NCBI GenBank assembly: GCA_000934665.2
Contig: KZ537981.1
Location: 124,001 to 188,000, forward strand
From: Catajapyx aquilonaris
Lineage: Eukaryota
Length of the DNA stretch: 64,000 nucleotides
Direction: 5' to 3'
In this document: positions 38,330 through 51,600 of the stretch, one piece after another
Numbering within the stretch: position 1 is the stretch's first letter
Layout: each line of letters begins with the position of its first letter
Notes under the pieces: generated by a model
What the model was told of the DNA's origin: nothing
Seen by the model: the letters and a program-made list of their open reading frames with translations, nothing else
Database searches by the model: none
Made by a program: the position numbers and the translations under genes

Positions 38330-39110
38330 TTAGAATTCCGTCCACCTGGCAACATTGTGGCGGCCATTTTGACGCGTAGTTTCGCCCAAAATGGCGGCTA
38401 GAATTCCCGCTACATCTGGCAACTTTGCGGCGGCCATTTTGTCGCGTACTTTCACCCAAAATGGCGGCTAGAATTCACGCTACATCTGGCAACTTTGCGG
38501 CGGCCATTTTGTCGCGTACTTTCACCCAAAATGGCGGCTAGAATTCACGCCACATCTGGCAACTCTGTGGCGGCCATTTTGTCGCCCAGTTTCACCCAAA
38601 ATGGTGGTCAGAATTTCACGCGGCTATAGATGAATTTTTGTTTTAAATGAGCGCAACCGAGTACGCAACACAGTTCGCGCAAATTGTTTCCAACACTACG
38701 CTTGAGGGGATAACAATATGGCCGACATTTGCGACGTTGCCATGATTGTAGAACTAACCTTACGAGGCTACCGGTGTGAATTTTGGCCCTTGATGAGGAG
38801 TAACAGTGGCAAAATTGTTGTCGGAGAATGGAGCTGCGCGAGTATGGGTGCGCACTCGGTTGCACTAGTAAAAAAAAACGATATATCCAGATTTCACATT
38901 GCATCTGGCAACATTGTGGCGGCCATTTTGTCACTTTCCACCGTAAAATGGCGGCTAGAATTCACGCTACATCTGACAACATAGTGGCGGCCATTTTGTC
39001 ACGGTTTTCATCTCAAAATGGCGGCCAGAATCGACATCTGGCAACATTGTGGCGGCCATTTTGTCGTCACGGTTTCCACCCCCCCCCNCCCCAAATGGCG
39101 GCCAGGTGCC
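38330..39110. repeat. Two arrays (4 + 3 units) of a 65-70-bp tandem repeat, each unit carrying inverted GCCATTTT/AAAATGGC motifs
   Basis: The CTGGC anchor recurs at 38346, 38416, 38486 and 38556 (70-bp period) and again at 38905, 38973 and 39038. Confidence 0.9.
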
Positions 39111-40158
39111 AAAAAACAATGTTGGAAAACGATAATACTGACGGTTTAAAATTGTTCACAGCCTTGCCGGTCTCTCTGTCTCTTCGAAGTAGGGCTGTAA
39201 AAGGAAATGAGGCTCGAGTTTCCCGTCCCTAAAAGTTGACTGGGGGAAGAAAGAAAAAAAAACACACACACAGTGTGGGGGAGGATAGGCCTTTGCTTCC
39301 TACCCCCTCTTTTTTTCCCTCCCTCCCATGTGTTCATTATGCACACACACGAAGTTCAAGACCTGTGATTTGCTGTAAACTACTACTTGAAACATATAAG
39401 GGTTATTGAGTCGGCCGGGTGGGTTGAGTCACGCGGGTGGGGATCGATTTTGGAGGGAAAAGAAAGGCAGAAAGTGAGGCAACCAAATTCCCAGCATTTG
39501 TCATCACTCAAATGAGCTGGGGAAAACACTTAATTGACACTGTGTGTAATGTACTCCCGAGTTTGTTTGCGAATTTCTAAGTCGAAATTGTTCTAGTTGA
39601 TTTCGGCCTATTTGGCTTCGTTACGGAGATAATGCCTTGCTAGGGATTGTCCTGCACACTAGGCAACCCATGTTCTAGTCTGGTTGCCTAGCACGCAGGA
39701 AGATCCCTATCAGCCAGCGCGCTCAAAGCTATTATCTCCGTAATGAACCCGAATTCGCAACTTCGAAATTCGCAAAAAGTCCAAACCCGCCCGAATAAAA
39801 ATGACAAATATACTTTTAAACTACAACGAGCGCAACCGAGTGCGCAACCACACTCGCGCAGCTCTATTCTGACAACGTTGCCAGTTACTCCCCAGAGGTC
39901 TCTGAGGCCCGTTGCTTGGCAACGTCGCAGACGTCGGCCATTTTGTTCTTCCCCAATAAACGCGCAACGTTGGAAATAAAGAAGAAAATAAGAAGCCCTG
40001 CACTTATTTCCAACGCTACACTTGGGGCGTGATTTTTTTTACAGTTGCAACCGAGTGAGCACCATAATTCGCGCAGCTGTCAAGGTTATTGGCATTAGTA
40101 AGAACTAGGCAACTACTTGCCAAAATTGGCCAAAACAAAATAAGCAAAGTTGCGAAAG

Positions 40159-40159
<1 letters not shown>

Positions 40160-40216
<57 letters not shown>
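40160..40216. repeat. (GA)n microsatellite
   Basis: Uninterrupted GA run. Confidence 0.9.
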
Positions 40217-40217
<1 letters not shown>

Positions 40218-40501
40218 GCGGACCAGGCAGCGACATCCGACGGCGACGTACCGAAGTAAGAGGAAGGAGGTAGCGCCCATCGGCCGGAACGGCGTTTATG
40301 GGAACTCCGTGGTGGTTGGTTTTTTTAAAAGGCGGTCGGCGGTTTTTTGCGTTTTACAAATTCCCTGGACACTATTTCCGAAAAACAAAGGTTTATTGCA
40401 AATATAGGACACGCGGGATAAATTTTGACATCACTTCCAATGCTGTAGGCCGTACGCAGCGGGAGGAATCCCCATCACAGTAGGGTATTAATAATATATG
40501 G

Positions 40502-40574
40502 ATAGCTGGTAAGCGTAGCGTTGGAAATAACAAAAAAAGAAATACTTATTGCCAACGCTACGCTTACCAGCTAT
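40502..40574. repeat. Perfect 23-bp inverted repeat (hairpin)
   Basis: ATAGCTGGTAAGCGTAGCGTTGG (40502-40524) and CCAACGCTACGCTTACCAGCTAT (40552-40574). A related 12-bp-arm hairpin is at about 39968-40015. Confidence 0.9.
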
Positions 40575-41442
40575 TATTGATGATGCCAACCCCGCAAGCT
40601 GCGCGAACAGTGGTGCGTACAGAGTTGGGGTAGTTTTGAAAAAATCCGATAGAAACAATTTTCATTTAAAATTGTGGCGGTTCATAAAACCGTCCTGGAA
40701 TAGCTCCTTTACTTTTTAAAATGTGAAAATAATAAGAGTCAACTGGGTCCATGACCCTCGCAGGGGACGACCATCACGTACATTGGACACCCCCAGGATA
40801 TGCCCTTCAAAGGTCAAATCCATATGCCACCAATCATCAAGGCATGAAAACCTCAAAAAATAATAATTAGCGAACCTTTATTATTAAGTCCAGCGCGGTC
40901 CAGCAGTGTCTCTAATTGGATTCGCTCCACTTGTTCCGTTTACACGCACTGTACACAACAAGTGAAACGACCGTGTTTTCAATCGAGAGAGAGAGAGAGG
41001 AAAAAGGGTCGTGCAGTGTGTGAGTGTGTGAATGAGTGTGGGTTGGGACAAGCCAATCAGCAGCGTACGTTGGCCCCACCAGAGAGTGAGTGAGAGAGAG
41101 AGAGAAAAGGCTTTTCCTCTAGATGAGAAGGCTCGAGGACATATGTGTGAGCGACGCACACGCTTTCCTTTTTTCTTTTTCAAATGTTAAATGTTTTTTT
41201 TGCGCCCACAAGGCAGGAAACGACACACCGAAAAGCCCCCTCGGTTGTGGTGAATATAATATCACACATAACATACACCGATATCACGAATTTACATGGG
41301 GAGTATGTGCCTCTGTTTGTCCACGGCTATGCGCCATCCATGTGGGGGATATGGCACTACTGGCATGTCACATTTTAGCGATATCGCGCCTTGTGGAGCT
41401 GTGTGACCTTCAAACTATCCGAGGCCCGGGTTAGTCACTTTT

Positions 41443-41856
41443 GAAGTCCTTCGTACCTTGAGACTGAGTCTGTGAAGTCCAGATGAAGTCCAGACAAAGT
41501 CCTTGAAATCCGATTTAAGTCTGTGAAGTCCAGGTGAAGTCCGGACAAAGTCCTTAAAGTCCAGATAAAATCCTTAAAGTCCAGACAAAGTCCTTAAAGT
41601 CCTTAAAGTCCTGATAAAATCCTTAAAGTCCAGACAAAGTCCTTGAAATCCGATTTAAGTCTGTGAAGTCCAGGTGAAGTCTGGACAAAGTCCTTAAAGT
41701 CCAGATAAAATCCTTAAAGTCCGGACGAAGTCCTTGAAATCCAAGTCTGTCAAATCCGGACAAAGTCCTTGAAATCCAAGTCTGTCAAGTCCGGACAAAG
41801 TCCTTTACAGTCCGACTGAAGTCCTTGAAATTATTATTGAAGTCTGTGAAGTCCGG
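41443..41856. repeat. AAGTCC-based minisatellite with higher-order repeats
   Basis: 9-10-nt monomers (AAGTCCAGAC/AAGTCCTT) arranged in repeated blocks such as TGTGAAGTCC...GATTTAAGTC. Confidence 0.9.
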
Positions 41857-42758
41857 TTGTTGTGAAATTCTTCGTATGGACTACCGACGGTATCAACTAT
41901 CAAGTGACTAAAACCCCTTCGAAACTATCCCTTGAAACTATTCCGCAAACTACTAGCAAAATTTGCACAGTGAAAATTCGCAAACATGGGACCAGTGCTA
42001 AAAGTGTTGGGTCAACATTGATCCGCACACACTTCACCTCTCCCACACTCAGCGCTCTCCTTTAAATTATTTATAACCAGTTACACACACACTGTTGCAC
42101 ACAAGTTTCGCCTTTTAAAAATTAGTTAACTAGCACACACCTGTTTAAATTGGTATGAATGATGTCAATCCTTGGATCCAGGTTTTTTTTGGAACAAAAT
42201 TTCACAAATTTTTGCACATATTTCTGCACAAGAAAGAGACAACCCGACTGGCAGGCACCACGCTTGCACGCCCACTGGATGGCTCAGATTGGGTTTCCCC
42301 TTTGTAGGGGGGGACGACGGCTGGATGGGGGAATGAAAATGAGGGGGGCACAAGTAGGGGGCCACGACCCCCCATCATCATCTCTCCCCCACATATTTTT
42401 TTTTACACATTAGCCGCATGCAATTTAAATGCAGTTAAACAGCTCCCTTACAAACCAATTGCAAACATCGCTTTATTTGCAACGTAACTACATGCACCCA
42501 CTTGAAAGAAAACGCAACGAACTTTCAGGGGGGAGAAAAAAAAATGGTTGCAGAAGATATGAGGGAAGGAAGTGGACTTCCTCTGGTTTTCATACACAAG
42601 TCCTGCTTATCACTTGTCGCCCGGATATCTCTTCGCCTACAATCTGCATGCAGGATATGTACCCGATTAACTCAGGTGTTGGCGCCGAGTAATTGTCATT
42701 TTCGCAAAAGTCTGAGATCACATGAAAGTACAAGGCACATTTGGTGGGTCCACTAGTG

Positions 42759-43963
42759 TCACCAAAGGTCGCCGAAATTCTGAAGAGCGCAGGCATCGGC
42801 ATGTGCCTCCAGTTCCGTAGAGAGGAACAGCTTCTTGCAGATGGGGCATTCCCTCTCGGAATCCGGTTCAATCTGCATGGAAAAAATTTCGGCCATATCG
42901 CACGCATAGAACGAATGCAAAATACTCACCAGCTGACAGTCATCGTCCTGGCAGTTTGCGGCATGAGCCTCGACCTCGTCCGACCTGAAAATGTCGGAGC
43001 AAATGGGACACTCCTGCATGCATGCCACCTTCGCCTCGACCGCCTCCACGACCTCTTCCGTTACATCCTTCTCTTCTAGCACCTGCTTCCGCTTCCGTTT
43101 TTCCCTACCAGTGCCATTAACCGCAGTGTCCATCAACGCAACCGCATTGCGGCGCTGGCTTGGACTCATAGCAAGTACGGACTCTTCCATTTCCTCATCA
43201 TCCTTCTTAGCTGCCTCCTCCTTAAGAGCCGCCCGCTTTGCCACCTCCTCCGCAGTCCTCCCCTGCCTGCTAGTGGACGGTGACAAGCCCTTTCTTTTGG
43301 CGAGGATGAGCGCTCCTCGGGATAGCGCATTGGGAGGGGTGAACGACAGCGAGTTGTCTGCCGGCTTTGAGGACGTCGGTGTCCGCAGGAAGTCCAGCCT
43401 GCGCTCCGGCTCCGTACTGGGCAACTCATCCGTCACCTTCCGTTCCACCTGCAGAAAGGACAGGCCAAACTGCCGGCCTCTAGAAAACGGCTGCGTGCAC
43501 ACAACCTTCAGGCGATCCCACTGCTCAGTTGCGACCTGTTTGTTATAAAGTGAATCAGCTCTGTTCTTCGCCATATTGTTAACCGACATACCTCCTCGTT
43601 GAAGTGTTCCGCGTTGAACATCCTAACGCCTGACCCGTTGACCCCTGCCCTGCTGTCCACCGGGTTCATCAGCATAACCGTGGGCAGCAGTAACGACAAC
43701 GGATGATCCGGCTCCCAGCAGGACCGTCCGACCCACACCTCAAAAGTGGCCGAACCATGGTTTCCGACATTAATGTAGTCAATAGTGCTGGCCCGGTCCA
43801 ACTGAAAAAGAGCTTCTAATCGGGCCGAATGGGAATAAGACGGCGAGCACAGCCACGACTTCTTGCTTCCAACTCCGTCCGCACTAGTCAGCAGGTTGGC
43901 CGCAGGGTGATTCTCATCCTGGGAGGTGAAGGACACCACAAAGTCCAAACTGGCCAGCACCAT
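42759..43963 (-). CDS. XNDC1: XRCC1 N-terminal domain-containing protein (XNDC1-like) with two C-terminal UBZ-type zinc fingers, 363 aa
   Basis: Exons 43963-43592, 43535-42930 and 42872-42759. XRCC1_N/XNDC1 pattern: VVSFTSQD..AANLL..WL..QL..INVGNHGSA..VGRS.W..LLP..VRMF..WDRLKVVCTQPF..FGLSFL. No BRCT domains. Zinc fingers CPIC-x11-HAANC and CPIC-x11-HADAC. Confidence 0.8.
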
Positions 43964-45636
43964 TGTTGCTGAAAAGTAAAGAGAACAAATTTGTTGTCAT
44001 TTGCCAAACACTGCAGACGACGCTATAATAGTGGCACCCAGCTCTTAGCCCCAAGGCTTATTCAGACACCACCAAAATTCTACCTGCTCTTTCTCTGTCC
44101 CGTCCAGAACCTTCTCCAGCCGTCAGCACAGCTCAAAACCTGTCCGGGACACGAAAAATAGAACGAATTCCAAACGTTCCAAAGAAACTATTCGAACGAT
44201 TTGTCCGCCATATTGGAATCGGACAAGGGGAAACAATTGAAGATCGCGCTTAAAAAATGGAACACTGCGCAATTTATCGTAAATAGCTCAAATTCCGGTT
44301 CGCAATTAACCTAAATTGTTGGCGGCTCATTACATTAATTAGGGGCCCAAATAATATGCAAATAATTTGTTTAAAAATATGGGCTAGCAGGGTTGCCAAC
44401 AGCGCGGGACTTTCAAACGGTATGGAAAACGCACCGGTATTTAAATTAAATTAAATTAAATTACACGTAGATTTGTCATACTGGAACTTGCACTACGTCA
44501 ACAAGCCTGTAATAAATACCGCTCACCTTCAACTTGTACTGCAATCACAGAAGTGCACAAATCGAATGAATAAGTCGCAAAAAATCCGCTCCAAAATAAA
44601 AGAATTTATTGGCGAAAACAATCCTTACGTAAAATTTACCCAATTACATTGTACCTGTTTTTTTTGTGACATTCCCAGCAACTTGTATGTCTCATTACTT
44701 TGCGGGGAAAGTGAATCGGGTTAATACTGAACATCGGAAAATAAAAAACGAGAGAAAATCTGTACATGAGCATATATTGCGGAAAAAAATAATAATAATT
44801 CCCAATTCACTTTATCCCGTCGCAATTTGCTTCTGCAGCTTTTCAGTCTGGTCATATTTTATTTTATTTTTACAATATTTTAAGGTGTCCATGCCAACTT
44901 TTTAAAAATTGTAAATCTACATTAATTATCATTTAAGTAATGGAATGTCCTCACTACATTTTTTTTTACCCCTGCACATAAAGTAGGACAAAGTAATTGC
45001 ACACATGCAAATAAGGGAATAATATTAGCGTATGCTTCACAACCGAAAACGTGGAATCGTTTAAAAAAAAACAAAAAAACAGCAGCACAGGAATGCAACT
45101 TGTTTGCAAAAGGAACGTCTTGAGTATTTTTCTTTTCCTACTTCACTCGAGAAGGAAATGAAACAAAAAAAAAAAAAAAACATAATAATAATTTACCTAC
45201 TCAGGTATCACAACAAACTTAAAAATTGTTACTTTGCTTTAAATATTTTAAATTACGAGGCACTTGGCACGAACCAGACTCTCTCCTTTATTTATTTTGT
45301 AGCTTCAAAAGTTTGTGTAAAGTGTGGCCTCACTATTTAAAAAGTGTTTTTTTTTTTTTGGAAGAGTTCTACTTACAATCCCAACTAAAACATCAAATTC
45401 GGAAGAAAAAAAAACAACTCGCTACCAAATAGATTGCACAACTTTCTTTTCTGTCGATTCCGTACTAACGGCTCCAGGAAACAAATTTAAGTCCGGTACG
45501 AGCGACCCGACCTAACAAATATCTACGAGTACTCTTTAAAAACGAAGTCTGGCATTGACTTTGTGGCCTTAAATTTTACAGTTGCCATTTATATAGAGAA
45601 AGGGAAGTGGTTTTGACGAATGTCGGCTTCAGATGA

Positions 45637-48600
45637 TCACCAAACAGGCGTTTCCCTCGAGGGTGACTGCTGGTGACACTGTGTCGCCACGGTGACGTCG
45701 CTCTCCGAGTCAGACTCGGAGCTGTACTCGCAGGTGTTGCTCTCTCCCACTCTCTGCGGAAGGAAATCGACGCGTTAACACACACCAATCACTTTGTTTT
45801 AATGTCGACACGTACCTGCTGAGCCTTCGCAGCAACCTTATGGTCCTCCGGGACCGAACCGAGGACTTCCAGGTTCCGCGGCAGGTCTGGGTTGCTTTCG
45901 AGAGTCGACCTGAGCGAAGAGGGTGCCCGGCTGCGGTCGGATGTGTTTTCCTCCTCCGAGAACAGGTTTCCGTCTGAGGAAGTCAGGGTCGATACGGACT
46001 GTAAGGAGCGGCCTGTGCCCCATTTGCTGTTCGCACCCTGATGTTGAGGCTGGAAGCCGTGGTGGGAGTTGCGACGAGGAGCTATGGGCCTGCGAGTTGA
46101 GCTGAAATGAAAGCAGGTAAGTATTTCGAAGGCTGCTAAATCCGGGCAACTCACCATCTCCGCCTGAGAACAAAATTGTCGCTATCAGCCGACTCGCCCT
46201 CTTCATCTTCGTCCTCCTCTTCCGACCAGACCTTCCGCGGCTCCACTTCCGGCTCCGAGTCAGATGAGATGCCCCGTTTGGGCCTGATCATCATGACTCC
46301 TCGCCTTGCACCGCCTTCTCCCACGACCATTCCGACTCCGACCACTCCGACTCTCCTCTCCTCCTCCTCATCTTCACCTTCTCCATCGTCTCCGCATGGA
46401 TTTCCATTCAATATGGCGCTCACTCTCCGTCCAAGACGCTCCAACTGCTCATCGCTTGAGACCAACTTTGCAGAGGACACCAGCGAATTCTGAAAAAACA
46501 GTCGTTAACATCTGGACAGTACGTAACGTGCGCTGTACTTACATTGGCAGTGTTGCAGTTCGATTCGTCCAGTCTTCTCTCCGGGCAGCCAGGACAGGTG
46601 CAGAAGTGTCCGCACCTGCCGTCCCCTTCCTCATCTCTTTTTTTCACGTCTTCCGTTTCCTCCGCTTCCTCTTCCGGCTTATCCAGTTCCTCCTCGGCCA
46701 CTATGGTCTTTACGCTTTGAGGACTCCTTGGCGGACTGCTCTTTGGTGACGCCCTGATCATCGTAATCACGGATGACCTGCGGCTGCTCCCGCTGCTTCG
46801 GCCAGACCCGCTCCTAGTCCTGCTCACTGGCGGTCCGGACAGAGGAAGGTGTATGCGTCTGCTTGGAGCTGCCGAAATTGCAGCTGGGCTTGTATCGGTC
46901 TCGCTCACATCCATGGCCTCTGTTTGCGTTTCAGTGTCCACGACATGATGAGATGGCGACGAATGCCTGCGTCTAGATTTGCGTGGCCTCAGCACTGAGT
47001 GGGGCTGATTTTCCGCCCCAAGTTCAACATACAGCGACTTCTTATTGGGGTCGTCGGGCGAGTCAGGGCTGGTTGTTCCAGGGGACGACCCAGACTTGGG
47101 CCGTGAAAATCGCTTCTGCCGTCCAGCCAACTGCTCCTGCGCCCTTTTCATAATGGGCCTCAGCTTCTTTCCGGACGATTTGGTAGCACAACCTCTAGTG
47201 ACTTCCTGCTCCCTTTTCTTGAGCTCCCTTTCCCGCTGCTCTATCTGAAGAAGACAGGCATTCAGCTCCAAGTAGAGGTTGTTGGCTCTCTCCAGCTTGC
47301 GCTCGTAGTGCTCTCGTATGTCCTGGGCATGCTGGAGCTCCTCCTGCCGCTTCCGGATCAGATCCTGCTCGGCATGGGGAATGTTGCTTTCCGACGCACG
47401 AATCTGCTCCATTTGGGACCGAATCTCCTCTCGCCAGGTCACCTGCAATCAGTCGAGGGTCAGTCGTGACAACTTTTAGATGGAAGAAAAGCAATCGTCT
47501 TACCTGAGTCTCATAGTACTGCTCCGTCGGAGTGCTGAGGATCTCGACAGACGCAATATCAAGGTGCATCAGTATATGCTTGAAGGATGGCCTGTTGCGT
47601 GGCTTTGCATTCCAGCACTGCCTGACCAACAGCTTGAATCCATCGGGGCAGGTGGTGGGGATAGGAAGGTGCAGAGAGTTGCTTCCCACTCCCCAGATGA
47701 TGGCGGAGGAATCCACGTCCTTGTACGGAGCCTCGCAGGTCAGCAACTCCCAGAGCACGACCCCGTACGACCAAATGTCCACCTTCTCGGAGCAAGGCTC
47801 ATTCCGGATGATCTCAGGAGCCATCCAGGCCACAGTCCCGGCAAAACTCATCTTGGTGCTGATTTCATTCCACTCTCGGCATGTCCCAAAGTCGCTGATC
47901 TTAACCACTTCGCAGCGGCCAATCAGGACACTATAGGAAGGGAATAAATCATGTCGAACCGGATTACACGCAGAAGCATATGCAGGAATGTAAGAGCGAA
48001 ACTAATGATTGACTTTTGAATAGCGCCTTTCGTTGCGTAACTGTACGAAGCATCTCATCAACATTTTTATTCCCAAGCACTGATCAGCAGCTGACTGGCA
48101 ATAATACGCACACAGCAGCAATGCCGGTGGCGACTTACTTGGGACTCTTGAGATCCCGGTGGATGATCTTGTGCTGATGCAAATAATGCATCCCGGACGC
48201 AATCTGCTTGGCCCACTCAACAAGGCGCTTCGGAGGAATCTTCTGGCCTTCCTTCAACAGATTATACAGCGGTCCATACGGGCAATACTCCATCACGATG
48301 CAGTAGCATGGCGCCTGGGTGCACACGCCCCTGCGGAAAGGCACGATTATTACAAAGCAAATGCGGCAAAACGCAACAACTTACTTGAACTGCACAATGT
48401 TTGGATGGTTAAGTTTGCGCAGATGCTTGATTTCCGTTTCCTTTTGGTCTCGCACTTTCTTTACAGCGACCAGATCCTGGTTCAGCCTCCCTTGGAAAAC
48501 GGCTCCCTGGGCTCCAGAGCCGAGCCACAGCAGGTCCGTGATGTCCTCAAACGGAAGTTCCCAGTCGTCACCTGAACATCAACTCGGGTTATTCTCCAGA

Positions 48601-51600
48601 AAATATGGATTCAAGGCGTAAAATTTATTCATCAATCATAGAATGCGTAAGATATTGACATAACCGAGCCAAAGATTAAATTCGTGGTAAGCACTTCAAA
48701 TCTGTTTATTAAACCCTGGTGCGATATACTGATATCAAAATGACTCATGCAGTTTGGAATGACGATAAAATCATTGTTCCGGCTTCAAGCACCGATTGCG
48801 ACTTGCTCACCTTTGATTTCGTTGGTGGGCTTGATAAACTGGCTAAGGAAGGGACGAATGCATCCAAGGAGATTCTCCATCAGTCCTCCTCCTTTCGACT
48901 GCGTCGTGTCCCTCGGATGGTAGCCAATGTCCATCGTCTTGCAGCCTCCTCCGCCACCAACAACCCCGACGGCCACAAGTCCGCTCTGATCAACAATGCT
49001 GGATCCGTACCCTGGAATGTAATCCTCCGGGCTGCTCCCAGGACTTATAGTGTCGGCCAGGTTCCCATTGCTTGCGGACAGCGACAAAGACCGGGAAGGA
49101 GGTGCCAGCTGGTTCAGCTCCTCTTGGATGCACAGCATGCTGTCGACAAAATAATAAAAATGCAATTAGTATTTCTCTACACATTTCAAGTGCAAAATTG
49201 TCATTACACGCGACATTGTTGTAATAAATAGCCATCTTTATCTGCTTCCAAGGTGGTGCAGATAAGGCTGAATCCTTTTCCCCAGGTGGTTATATCAGAT
49301 TGTCAACACCGCCTTTCAAAAGGAGAGATCATGTGACTACACTGGGAGCCCCAGGAATGCTGGCGTGTGTGCCAATACTGCACAATATAATTTATGAAAG
49401 CCGCAGGGGGAATTCTAGGCACACACACGCTTTCCATTACTCTCAGCGTCAAGCTAAGGGAATATATAATCAAAGAAAAACACACACCGGAAAGGTCTCC
49501 TCGGAAGAAGAAAAAAAAGCTGCCAAAAATTAGCAATGAATATTACGCCACATCTCAAAAGGCATACGGACAAACTCTCTGTTTTATATGCAGAGATATA
49601 GAGACAAGTTGCAACACTTTCAGTAGGCTGAAAGTGGGTAGCACTGACATACATATATAGATTTCAGCACTCTCAGTAGTCCAACTGTGTGTTAGGTAGC
49701 CCAGACATACAGACAAACTTTCTGCTTTATATTGTAGAGATATAGAGATTTAGTTTCAGCACTCTCAGTGGTCCGGATGTGGGTTAGGTAGCCTGAACAT
49801 GCAGACAAAGTATCTGCTTTATATCAGATAAGTTATTTTTACAATCAGGATGTGTGTCTGCGTGCTCGTGTGGCTTTTCTCGGGGTTTTCATCCGCGGGC
49901 GATTGCCACGAAGTCTGTAAGCTCCTTCTGATAGACTCCAGCAGGATTATACAAAACAGGGAAACCCTTTTTTTCTGGTCTGGAAATCCTCTGGAAAAAA
50001 AAAAATAATTCCAGGGGAATTCCTTTCCTACATACTGATTTCCTCCAGCCTTTTTTTTCTTTTTCTCCCGAAGTTTATTCTGAACTGGCGCCAAAGTACT
50101 ATGAAGGGGAAAATCGATAGTCCCCATTGCTTCCTAGAAGTCTAGCGAGGATATAATAATGCCAGGGGGTTGAGAGGGAGGGGGGTTTGGGTGGGCGGGG
50201 GCTTCCCAATTCCATGACCCCCAAGCAATATTAAATGTATAGAAGAGGGAACCCAAGTCACGTCCTCTACAAGAATCCAATCGCGGAAAAACCTGTGGTG
50301 GCAATGGCCAGATGAGGCGACAGGAATCTGCATTTTAATTATCACCCAGGCCCTCGCTCATTAAATTTTTGATCGTTCCGGGCATATTATTTATGAAGAG
50401 AATGCGAAAGGTCGTGTCATCACGTCATGTTACGCAGCTCTTTTTATAGCAGCGAATTAAATTACTCAACTGGAGAGATTATTGGGATTAAAATAGCATT
50501 AATATCGACCAAAAAAGTTTCCTGGAAAGTTAGGTTACGTTACGTTTATGTAACGTTAAGGATATGCGTAAGTTAGGTTCTGTGTAGGTCAGGTTACGTT
50601 TAAGCAACGTTTAGGTTAGGTCAAGATCACGTTTACGCTACACTTACGTTAGTTTAGGTTACGCTTAGTTTAGGTAACGTTTAAGTTAGGTTAGCTTAAC
50701 GTTAAGGTTACGCTTAGTTAAGGTTACGTTCAGGTTACGTTTAGGTAACGGTTACGCTTAGTTTAGGTAACGTTAAACGTAACCTAAACTAAGCGCAACC
50801 TTAACGTTAACCTAACCTAACTTAAACGTTACCTAAACTAAGCGTAACCTTAACCTAACCGTTACGTTTAGGTGTAGGTTAAGGTTAGTTTAACGTTACG
50901 TTTAGGTGTAGGTTAAGGTTAGTTTAACGTTACGTTTAGGTGTAGGTTAAGGTTAGTTTAACGTTACGTTTAGGTGTAGGTTAACGTTACGTTACGTTAG
51001 GTCAAGGTTACGTTTAGGTTACGTTTAAGTTACGCTTAGTTCAGGTTAAGTTTAGGTTACGTCTAGGTTAGGTTACGTTTAGGTTAACATATCCACTGCG
51101 CAACCAGTAACAACATGTAACTTTCCATAATATATATTAATTAAAGCGCAATAACATATTACTATATCACGTCCCTAGACATTATCTAGTTGGAAAAGCG
51201 ACAGAAAAGTTTCTCAACTTTTCTGTCGCTTTTCCAGCTTTCCGTTTGATCGACCGGAAAAGTTTCCAGGCTTGTTTATGTAACGACAGCAAATATGCCA
51301 ACCACACTCACACGCGTCCAAGGTTCAGCTGTGCATTGTTCATAGTCCATGAACCATAATTTTTAAAACAGGGCTTGTATAATCACCACTTTTCATTTCG
51401 TCTACATGTCACAGTTTGTGTCAAACGCTACGTGCAAAAAATCCGCAAATGGCCGCGAACAATATTGCAAAACAATGTTTCGCAATAACAGCGTGACCCA
51501 CATATGACCTGTACTTTCACTGCTTATTATGGCTGGGGGGGATTTAAAACCTGACCTATTGGCCCCAGGGCTGCCCTGGTGTCGTTCCTTATTAGTCTTC

